From an uncultured Eubacteriales bacterium (GTDB taxonomy: Bacteria > Bacillota > Clostridia > Oscillospirales > Oscillospiraceae): a stretch of DNA of 61,407 nt. Shown here in pieces: positions 19,283-27,127 of this stretch. Location: assembly GCA_900552725.1 (NCBI GenBank), contig USAT01000001.1:1-61407 (forward strand), given 5' to 3'. The notes below the pieces were generated by a model. It did no database searches. It was not told the DNA's origin and saw only the letters and a list, made by a program, of their open reading frames with translations. Each line of letters starts with the position of its first letter. Within the stretch, counting starts at the first letter, position 1. The translations under genes and the position numbers were made by a program.

Positions 19283-20065
19283 ATGAAACAGGAAACACGA
19301 ACCGCTGTCTACGATGACGGACTGCATCTGGAGGCCTGCCGCTTCACCGGTATCGCACAGCCCTTCCCTCATCATTTTCACGAGTACTACGTCATCGGGC
19401 TGATGGAAAGCGGACAGCGCACGCTCTTCTGCAAGGGCGCAGACTACGTCATCACCTCCGGCGACATGCTCCTGTTCAACCCGGAAGACAGCCACGCCTG
19501 TGTACAGCGCGACGGCGGCACGCTGGACTACCGCGGATTGAATATTTCCCGGGACATCATGCTGGAACTGGCGGAAGAGCTCACCGGGAAGCGGGAGCTG
19601 CCGCGTTTTTCCCCACTGGTGATCCATGATGACAGGGCTGCCGCCTCCCTGCGCTCGCTCCACGAGCTGATCATGGACGGCTCCCAGGAGCTTGAAAAGG
19701 AGGAAAGCCTGCTTCTGCTGCTCTCCATCCTGCTCCGGCGCTATACGCGTCCCTTCACCGCCGACGCCGCGGTATGCCGCGAGGAGATCGCACAGGTATG
19801 CCGGTTCATGGAGGCGCACTACGCCCAGCGCATCCGGCTTGACCAGCTGTGCCGCTGCGCGGGCTGCAGCAAGTCCGCCCTGCTGCGGGCCTTCACCCTG
19901 GAGAAGGGCGTCTCACCGGCGGAGGCGGCTCTTCTGACAGGCTTTTCCGACCAGAGCCACTTCACCAACTACTTCAAGCGCTTTATCGGTCTGGCGCCCG
20001 GCGTCTACCGGGAGATGTTTGAAGCGCACACCGAGAACGGAGGCACCTATGGATCTGCAAAATGA
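19283..20065 (+). CDS. AraC family regulator, probably with an in-frame deletion in the HTH domain
   Basis: FPHHFHEYY cupin and GFSDQSHFTNYFKR..G..P; segment between the two HTHs appears absent. Confidence 0.8.
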   Translation: MKQETRTAVYDDGLHLEACRFTGIAQPFPHHFHEYYVIGLMESGQRTLFCKGADYVITSGDMLLFNPEDSHACVQRDGGTLDYRGLNISRDIMLELAEELTGKRELPRFSPLVIHDDRAAASLRSLHELIMDGSQELEKEESLLLLLSILLRRYTRPFTADAAVCREEIAQVCRFMEAHYAQRIRLDQLCRCAGCSKSALLRAFTLEKGVSPAEAALLTGFSDQSHFTNYFKRFIGLAPGVYREMFEAHTENGGTYGSAK

Positions 20066-20471
20066 AAAATGTGTCATGGTCATTGACCCGGAACTGCCCC
20101 TCGGCCTGATCGCCAACACAGCGGCCATTATGGGCATCACACTGGGGCAGAAAATGCCGGAGGTGGTGGGAACCGATGTGGCCGACCGGAGCGGCCATAC
20201 ACATCCCGGCATCATTGCCTTTCCCGTCCCTGTCCTGAAAGCCGCGCCGGAGGACATCAAGGCGCTTCGCGAGAAGCTGTATCAGCCGGAATTTCAGGAT
20301 GTAACGGCGGTAGACTTCTCCGATCTGGCCCAGGGCTGCAAAACCTACGACGAATTCATCCGCAAGATGAAGAAAACACCGGAAAGTCAGCTGCACTACT
20401 TCGGCATTGCCCTCTGCGGCGCCAAAAAGAAGATCAATACGCTCACCGGCAGCATGCCGCTGCTGCGATGA
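20049..20471 (+). CDS. DUF2000-like protein
   Basis: KCVMVID.ELPLGLIANTAA...G.KKKIN.LTGSMPLLR; coupled to AraC. Confidence 0.7.
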   Translation: MDLQNEKCVMVIDPELPLGLIANTAAIMGITLGQKMPEVVGTDVADRSGHTHPGIIAFPVPVLKAAPEDIKALREKLYQPEFQDVTAVDFSDLAQGCKTYDEFIRKMKKTPESQLHYFGIALCGAKKKINTLTGSMPLLR

Positions 20472-20645
20472 CGACAGCCATCAGACCGCGCGAGGAGACT
20501 GCAGCCGCAGTTTCCTCCCCCGTTTTTAAAAGTTTTACCTAAATTTTACCCCGCCGTGATAGACAGCGCCGCCCCTGTCCGCTATACTGCTGTAAAATTT
20601 GCGTTGCATCCGCCCTGCGCGGAGCGACAGCAGGAGGTCTGACAA

Positions 20646-21197
20646 ATGAAAAATCGCTTTTCCCGCCTGGCGGCACTGGGCATGCTGACCGCGCTTGTGG
20701 TCGTTCTGCAGACGGCAGCCACCTTCATCCGCTTCGGCAGCTTCCCTATCACCCTGACGCTGATCCCCATCGTGGTGGCCGGCGCGCTGTACGGCGTCGG
20801 CAGCGGCGCGCTGATCGGCACTGTGTTTGGCCTGGTGGTGCTGGTCATGGTGCTGACCGGGGCCGACGCCTCCGGCCAGATGATGCTGGCGCTGCACCCG
20901 CTGATCACCTCCGCCGCCTGCGTGGTGAAGGGTATGCTGTGCGGCGCGGCAGCCGCCGCCGTATACCAACTGGCGGCGCACCGCAGCGGGAAAGCGGCGG
21001 TCGTCGCCGCGGCGGCCGTGTGCCCCATTGTGAACACCGGCGTGCTGTATCTGGTGCTGGTGCTGTTTTTCGATACCTCGTGGGCGGCGGTGCTCTCCGC
21101 GTTCATGAGCGTCAACTTCCTGCTGGAGCTGGCCGTCAACATCGTGCTGGCCCCTGCCGTGCTGCGGATCGTCACCATGCGGAGGCGGGCGGCATGA
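20646..21197 (+). CDS. ECF transporter S component, PanT-like (pantothenate)
   Basis: ITLTLIPIVVAGALYG motif, 5-6 TM; overlaps coaX. Confidence 0.7.
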   Translation: MKNRFSRLAALGMLTALVVVLQTAATFIRFGSFPITLTLIPIVVAGALYGVGSGALIGTVFGLVVLVMVLTGADASGQMMLALHPLITSAACVVKGMLCGAAAAAVYQLAAHRSGKAAVVAAAAVCPIVNTGVLYLVLVLFFDTSWAAVLSAFMSVNFLLELAVNIVLAPAVLRIVTMRRRAA

Positions 21198-21958
21198 TCC
21201 TGGCAGTAGACGCAGGCAACAGCAATATCGTGCTGGGCTGTATGGACGGTCTGACGGTGCGCCGCACCATGCGCCTGATCACCGACCGCAGTATGGACGC
21301 CGCCGGATATACGGCCGCCATCAAAGCCTCACTGACGCAAAGCGGCTATTCCGCCGAGAGCTTCGAGGGTGCCATCCTCTCCAGTGTCGTGGCCGCCGTC
21401 ACGGAGCCGCTGCGGCAGGCCCTCGCCGGTCTCATCACCGGCCCGGTGCTGGTGGTGGGCGAAACGGCCCGAACCGTCATCCTCATCCGCATCGACCATC
21501 CGGAGACCCTGGGTGCCGACATGATCGCCGCCGCGGAGGGCGCTCTGGCCAAATATACGCCGCCCCTGGTGCTGATCGACACGGGCACCGCCACCACCCT
21601 CTCCGTGCTGGATGAGACCGGCGCCTTCCTGGGCGGGGCCATCGCCCCCGGCGTCCGCCTGAGCGCGGAGGCGCTGGCGCAGCGGACGGGACTGCCCCTG
21701 CCGGAGCTGACCGCCCCCGAAAGCGCCCTCAGCCGCAGCACGGTGGACTGCCTCCGCAGCGGCATCGTGCTGGGTGCCGCCGCCATGGTGGACGGTATGC
21801 TGGACCGGCTGGAGGCGTCCCTGGGCACACCGGTGACCGCCGTCGCCACCGGCGGACTGGCGGGCTGCGTGATCCCCCACTGCCGCCGCCCGGTGATCCT
21901 GGACGACGCCCTGCTGCTGCAGGGCCTGGCGGTCATGTACTCCCGGGAAGCAAAGTGA
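21194..21958 (+). CDS. coaX: Type III pantothenate kinase
   Basis: DAGNSNI, SSVV, LGAD, DTGTAT, GGAIAPG and ATGG motifs. Confidence 0.9.
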   Translation: MILAVDAGNSNIVLGCMDGLTVRRTMRLITDRSMDAAGYTAAIKASLTQSGYSAESFEGAILSSVVAAVTEPLRQALAGLITGPVLVVGETARTVILIRIDHPETLGADMIAAAEGALAKYTPPLVLIDTGTATTLSVLDETGAFLGGAIAPGVRLSAEALAQRTGLPLPELTAPESALSRSTVDCLRSGIVLGAAAMVDGMLDRLEASLGTPVTAVATGGLAGCVIPHCRRPVILDDALLLQGLAVMYSREAK

Positions 21959-21978
21959 TCCATTTCCTTCTCTATACA

Positions 21979-22017
21979 AAAAAACCGGAAAGGAACTCCC
22001 GTCCCTTTCCGGTTTTT
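21979..22017. terminator. Bidirectional terminator
   Basis: AAAAAACCGGAAAGG...CCTTTCCGGTTTTT. Confidence 0.75.
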
Positions 22018-22023
22018 CTCTGT

Positions 22024-22833
22024 TTATTTCTTTGCCGCCCGGGCCAGCGCCGGGATATCCCCCACGCCGTCCAGCACGATGCTGGGCCGGTAGGCGTAGG
22101 TGTGCAGTGTCTCGCGGGTGGACACGCCGGACAGCACCAGCACCGTGGACATGCCGCTCTCCATGCCGGAGATCACGTCGGTGTCCATGCGGTCGCCCAC
22201 CATCACCGCCTCGGCGGAGTGGCAGTGCAGCATCCGCAATCCGGTGCGCATCATCAGCGGATTGGGCTTGCCGCAGAAGTACGCCTGCTTGCCGGTGGCC
22301 ATCTCGATGGGTGCGATCAGCGCCCGGCAGGCCGGAGCGATGCCGTTTTCGATGGGACCGGACACATCGGAGTTGGCGCCGATGAGCTTCGCCCCCTGCA
22401 TCACCAGATTGGTGGCCTTGGTCAGGGTGTCCAGCGAATAGCTGCGCCCCTCGCCCACCACCACATAGTCCGGGTTCACGTCGTTCATGGTGATCCCCGC
22501 GTCATACAGGGCGTTCAGCAGTCCCGCCTCGCCGATGGCGAACACAGAGCACCCCGGTGCCTGCTCCTTCAGGAAGGCCGCCGTGGCCAGCGCGCTGGTG
22601 TAGAAGTGCTCCTCCGGCACGTCCAGCCCCATACGGGCCAGCTTCTGGTTCAGCTCACGGGGCGTATAGCCGCTGTTGTTGGTCAGAAAGAGATACTCCT
22701 TGTCCTCGTCATGGAGCCACTGGATGAACTCCGCCACACCCGGCAGGATCCGGTTGCCGTGATAGATGACGCCGTCCATATCGCAGATAAAGCCTTTTTT
22801 TGCGTTGAAATCCAGGGAAGCTAACGGTTCCAT
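22024..22833 (-). CDS. HAD-IIA family hydrolase (NagD-like)
   Basis: DMDGV, LTNNS, GKPN, VGDRMDTD. Confidence 0.9.
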   Translation of the reverse strand: MEPLASLDFNAKKGFICDMDGVIYHGNRILPGVAEFIQWLHDEDKEYLFLTNNSGYTPRELNQKLARMGLDVPEEHFYTSALATAAFLKEQAPGCSVFAIGEAGLLNALYDAGITMNDVNPDYVVVGEGRSYSLDTLTKATNLVMQGAKLIGANSDVSGPIENGIAPACRALIAPIEMATGKQAYFCGKPNPLMMRTGLRMLHCHSAEAVMVGDRMDTDVISGMESGMSTVLVLSGVSTRETLHTYAYRPSIVLDGVGDIPALARAAKK

Positions 22834-22933
22834 AGGTTGGTTCCCACCCTTCATTGTTGATGGCACCATCATACCATGTGATGGGAGCACCGTCTACCGC
22901 AAAACGGTAAAATTTTCATGTTTATCGTCATCC

Positions 22934-23689
22934 TTACGCAGGTCTTGCCTTGCTTCTGATGCTGAGCTGGTCAGCGATCATGGCGATGAACTCGGAATTT
23001 GTGGGCTTTCCCCTGGTATTGCTCACCGTATAGCCGAACAGCCGCTGCAGCGCATCCAGGTCGCCCCGGTTCCAGGCCACCTCGATGGCGTGGCGGATCG
23101 CCCGCTCGACGCAGGACGGCGTGGTGTTGTGGCGTCTTGCGACCGTCGGATATAAAACCTTCGTGACCGCGTGGATCATGCTCACATCCTTGATGGTCAG
23201 AACGATGGCCTCGCGGACATACTGATAGCCCTTGATATGCGCCGGCATACCAAGCTCGTGGATGATGGGCGTGACAAGGCGCTCCAGCGCGGCATCATAC
23301 GCGTCCTCTTCCTCCGCCCGCTGCGCCACCCGGCGCATCTGTCCGAGAAGCTCGTTCGCCCCGCAGGGCTTCGCCACAAACGCCTCCGCCCCCTGTGCCA
23401 TGGCCCGCTTCACCACCTGCCCCTGGCAGACCGCGGATACCAGTATCGCCCGCGGCCTCTCCGCCATGGCGGCCAGCCGGTTCAGCAGCACAAAGCCGTC
23501 AAGCTCCGGAAGCAGCACATCCATGATGACCAGCTGCGGGCATTCCCGTTCAATGATGCGCCACGCGTCGGCGCCGTTGCCGGTGCTGCCTGCCACCTTA
23601 AAATCCCCGGCAGCTTCGATCACTCGCTGCAGCATCATACGAAAACCCTCGTCAGCGTCCGCCAATACGACTTTCATCAAATTTTTCAT
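22934..23689 (-). CDS. spo0A: Spo0A-family response regulator (probable paralog)
   Basis: Receiver domain (LADAD, IMDVLLP, VSA, AKP) plus [27 protein letters not shown] and KPTNSEFIA. Confidence 0.85.
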   Translation of the reverse strand: MKNLMKVVLADADEGFRMMLQRVIEAAGDFKVAGSTGNGADAWRIIERECPQLVIMDVLLPELDGFVLLNRLAAMAERPRAILVSAVCQGQVVKRAMAQGAEAFVAKPCGANELLGQMRRVAQRAEEEDAYDAALERLVTPIIHELGMPAHIKGYQYVREAIVLTIKDVSMIHAVTKVLYPTVARRHNTTPSCVERAIRHAIEVAWNRGDLDALQRLFGYTVSNTRGKPTNSEFIAMIADQLSIRSKARPA

Positions 23690-23854
23690 ACTCTTTCTCC
23701 CTTATTCAGTATTGATCACGTCCGACCGGCGCATCCCTTCTATGCCATGGCCTTGATCTGCCGTTATTATAGCAAAACAAAAAGCATGTGCATGCTCACT
23801 GTGAATATCCGCAAAAAACCGATGAATTCATCAATTTTTTTCTTTTCACGAGCG

Positions 23855-23911
23855 TGTCGAAGGGGCGCGTTTACCGTCTTATCTTCCCGCATTTTGGCTA
23901 ATTTTGTCGAA
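23855..23911 (+). promoter_or_regulatory. Two consensus Spo0A boxes (TGTCGAA)
   Basis: TGTCGAA at 23855-23861 and 23905-23911 in the AT-rich divergent intergenic region. Confidence 0.6.
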
Positions 23912-24161
23912 TCAGGCAGAATTTTTAACAAAACATTATATTGATTTTCCGGTTCATAAGTGTAAAATGTATAAATGAAAGTGCAGCCATGGCAGGAGCC
24001 CCAAACGTCGGTATCGTTTGAACGATCTTGTTACGAGAAATCACTCCGTAGTTTGCAATAGAAATGGCGGCGCAGCCGCCATTTTTTGTGACCGGTGCCG
24101 CGCCGCCCTCTGCTGTTCCGGCAGCGAAATTTGATTTTTGGAAGAAAGGATCTTGATACCC

Positions 24162-24875
24162 ATGCGCATTGCTGTCTGTGAGGACAACCAACTTCAACGT
24201 GATATGATCGTGCAGTTGTTGAACCGCTGCTCTGCGGAGCGATCACTCCCCGTGACGCTGGCGCCTTACGCATACGGAATAAATCTCCTCTATGACGTGG
24301 AAGAGGGAGCGAATTTCGACATCGTTTTTCTGGATATTTATCTGCCGGACGCGATGGGCAATGAGCTGGCCCACAGACTGCGGGCTATGGGATATCAGGG
24401 CAAGATCGTATTCCTGACCGCCTCGCCGGATTTCGCCATCGAAAGCTATGACGTGGCCGCCAGCGGCTACCTGCTCAAGCCCATCAACTACGAGCGTCTG
24501 AAGGCCGTCGTCGACCGGATCACAGAGCACGTCGACCCCAATACCTACCAGCTCCGGCACAGGGCCACGGTGACCAGGATCGCGTACCGCGACATCCTGT
24601 ACATTGAAAGCTCCAACTCCAAGTGCCTGATCCACACGGTATCCGGCAGCGTACATACCGCCTACAAAACGCTGAACACCATCGAAAAAGAACTGAACGC
24701 CCCCTGCTTCCTGCGCTGCCACCAGAGCTTTCTGGTGAACATGGATCACGTCCGGCAGATCGACAAAGAGTTCCTGCTGTCCAACGGGGAGACGATCCCC
24801 ATCCGTCAGCGGGGCGTAAAGCCGGTGCGTCAGGCGTATATGGCCTACGCCGCCGCGCTGTCCACGGCATATTGA
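24162..24875 (+). CDS. LytTR family response regulator
   Basis: IAVCED, FLDIYL, FLT, YLLKP; ILYIES and FLRCHQSFLVN LytTR motifs. Confidence 0.9.
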   Translation: MRIAVCEDNQLQRDMIVQLLNRCSAERSLPVTLAPYAYGINLLYDVEEGANFDIVFLDIYLPDAMGNELAHRLRAMGYQGKIVFLTASPDFAIESYDVAASGYLLKPINYERLKAVVDRITEHVDPNTYQLRHRATVTRIAYRDILYIESSNSKCLIHTVSGSVHTAYKTLNTIEKELNAPCFLRCHQSFLVNMDHVRQIDKEFLLSNGETIPIRQRGVKPVRQAYMAYAAALSTAY

Positions 24876-24954
24876 TCCTCCCGCCGTCCTTCGGCGGTGC
24901 CCACACTCGAAAAAGACGATGTTTGGAAAGGAGACCGGACATCCGGTTCACAGC

Positions 24955-25305
24955 ATGAAGATCAGGGAGTTTTACAAGACGATCGGCGGCGATTACGACG
25001 ATATGCGCCGCAGAATACCGTCAGACCGCATGATAGAAACATTTCTGCTGAAATATCCCGCGGATCCCTCCTACGCGGCGCTGGCGGCAGCCAGGGAAAG
25101 CCGCGACGCAGAGAGCGCGTTTCTGGCTGCGCATACGCTCAAGGGCGTCGCCTCCACGCTGGGTCTGAAGGAACTGACAGAGACGTCCGCCCTGTTGGCG
25201 GATGCGCTGCGCCCTCCGTCCGGCTTCCCTGATGACGCGCTCTTCGACGCTGTCACCGAAGCCTATACCCGTGTGCTCCGGCAGATCGCCGCGCTCCTCC
25301 GGTAA
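24955..25305 (+). CDS. Stand-alone Hpt (histidine phosphotransfer) protein
   Basis: AAHTLKGVASTLG Hpt motif; 116 aa. Confidence 0.88.
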   Translation: MKIREFYKTIGGDYDDMRRRIPSDRMIETFLLKYPADPSYAALAAARESRDAESAFLAAHTLKGVASTLGLKELTETSALLADALRPPSGFPDDALFDAVTEAYTRVLRQIAALLR

Positions 25306-25345
25306 GCCCGCCGCACCGCTGATACACAGAGAAAGGACGTCTCTT

Positions 25346-27121
25346 ATGAAACCGCAATGGGTCATCGCGCTTATTCTGGCACTGGTCTGCACGCTTACCG
25401 CCTGCACCGCTTACAGCAGACAGGCTGATGCCGCCGAGGAAACCCACGAGCCCCTCACCATCGTCTCCCTCTTCCCAGAAATGGATCACTTTATCGACAA
25501 GGTCCACGAGACCTATCCGGAGATCAATATCGAAGTGATCCCCTACGCCGGCGGCAACACCACGGCCTATCTCAGCGCCCAGCTGCGCTCCGGCGACATG
25601 CCCGACATCTATCTGACCACCGTCTATGTGCCGGAGCGTCAGGATCTCAGCGGCAAGCTGGTCGACCTGTCCGGATACAGCTTTACCAACAACTACACCG
25701 CCTCCAGCCTCCACGAGGTCTCGGACGACGGCGCGATCTATCTGCTGCCCACCTTCTTCTCCTGCCTGGGCATCACCTATAACCAGACGCTGCTCGACGA
25801 GCACGGCTGGACGCTGCCCACCACCTTCGCGGAGCTGCGGGAGCTGGCGCCCCAGGTCAAGGCGGCAGGCTGCCGTCTGGCGCTGAACCAGATTGCCCTG
25901 CCCGGCTATGGCTTCCAGTACCTGTGCAACATCATGGACACCGACTTTCTCAACACGCTGGACGGCAGACGGTGGCAGAGCGACTTTCTGGACGGAAAGG
26001 CCACGGCGGCGGGCTCCGAGGGCATGCGCCAGGCGTTTTCCGTCGTGGAGGAATGGCGGGAACTGGGCATGCTGAACGGCGAGGGCAGCTGGTATGACAA
26101 CAACGAAACAAAGCGCATGATGGCCGAGGGCAATACCCTCTTCCTGCTGGGCAGTACCAACAACATCACCGCCGAGGACTCCGACGACGAGTTCCGGCTT
26201 ATGTCGTACCTGTCCGAGGACGGCACCAAAAACGCCGTCATCCTGCAGGTATCCCGCTACATCGGTCTCAATAAAGCCCTGGAAAAGAGCCCGCAGAAGC
26301 TGGCCGACGCCCTGCATGTGATGGAGGTCCTGTCCACCGTGGAGGGGATGTCCTCACTGAATGAGAGATGCGCCAATTCGCTGATGCTGCCGCTGAAGGA
26401 CTATGTGATCCCGGAGACCAGCTACTATAAACCCGTGGAGGACGAGCTGTATAACGGGCTGACCGCACCCTTCCTCTACAGCGGCTGGGAAAATATCATC
26501 GTCCCCATCGGCGACGTGGGGCTGGAATACATACGGGGCAGCGCAACGCTGGAGCAGCTGATCAGCGCCATTGACGACAGTCAGCAGCTTCTGCGGGACA
26601 GCGCCTCCGCTGTCTGCACCACGCTGACCGAGAAGCTGACCACCGATGACTGTGCACGGCTGGTAGGTGTCTCCTTTTGCAAGGCGGTTGAGGCCGATCT
26701 GGCCCTGATCTCCAAAAACGCCTATTTCGTGGCGGACGGCGTCAGCCACATGAACCCGAAGGGCGTGTCCGGCGAGCTGTTCCCTCTCCCTGTCTCCGAC
26801 CAGGAGCTCACCTCGATCCTGCCCACCGGCTGGCGCGGCAATATCCAGACCGTCACGCTGACCGGCGCCCGCGTCAAGGAGCTGGCGGAAACCGGCTATG
26901 ACTGCGGAGACTGCGGCGTGTTCTTCCCCTACGAGCTGGTAAAGCCGGACAGCCTGACCCTTCAGGACGAAGCCGTCTATACAGTGGTCATTGCCGGTGT
27001 GACCGACCGGGTGGCCGCAGAGGGCGGCCTGACGGATACCGGTATTCTGGGACTTGCCGCGGCCCGGGACTATCTCAGTCAATTCGAGACCTTCTCAAGT
27101 GACGATATCTTCTGGGAGTAA
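25346..27121 (+). CDS. Extracellular solute-binding lipoprotein with an extra C-terminal 5'-nucleotidase-C-like domain
   Basis: Lipobox LTAC; GDMPDI, LVDLS, GAIYLLP, YNQTLL..GW.LPTT family-1 SBP motifs; C-terminal ADLALI...ILP....NI.TVTLTG. Confidence 0.72.
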   Translation: MKPQWVIALILALVCTLTACTAYSRQADAAEETHEPLTIVSLFPEMDHFIDKVHETYPEINIEVIPYAGGNTTAYLSAQLRSGDMPDIYLTTVYVPERQDLSGKLVDLSGYSFTNNYTASSLHEVSDDGAIYLLPTFFSCLGITYNQTLLDEHGWTLPTTFAELRELAPQVKAAGCRLALNQIALPGYGFQYLCNIMDTDFLNTLDGRRWQSDFLDGKATAAGSEGMRQAFSVVEEWRELGMLNGEGSWYDNNETKRMMAEGNTLFLLGSTNNITAEDSDDEFRLMSYLSEDGTKNAVILQVSRYIGLNKALEKSPQKLADALHVMEVLSTVEGMSSLNERCANSLMLPLKDYVIPETSYYKPVEDELYNGLTAPFLYSGWENIIVPIGDVGLEYIRGSATLEQLISAIDDSQQLLRDSASAVCTTLTEKLTTDDCARLVGVSFCKAVEADLALISKNAYFVADGVSHMNPKGVSGELFPLPVSDQELTSILPTGWRGNIQTVTLTGARVKELAETGYDCGDCGVFFPYELVKPDSLTLQDEAVYTVVIAGVTDRVAAEGGLTDTGILGLAAARDYLSQFETFSSDDIFWE

Positions 27122-27127
27122 GACGGG

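Noticed and set aside
23925..24273. Minus-strand ORFs in the spo0A-lytTR spacer
   Set aside because: Atypical composition, overlap lytTR antisense, no RBS or motifs
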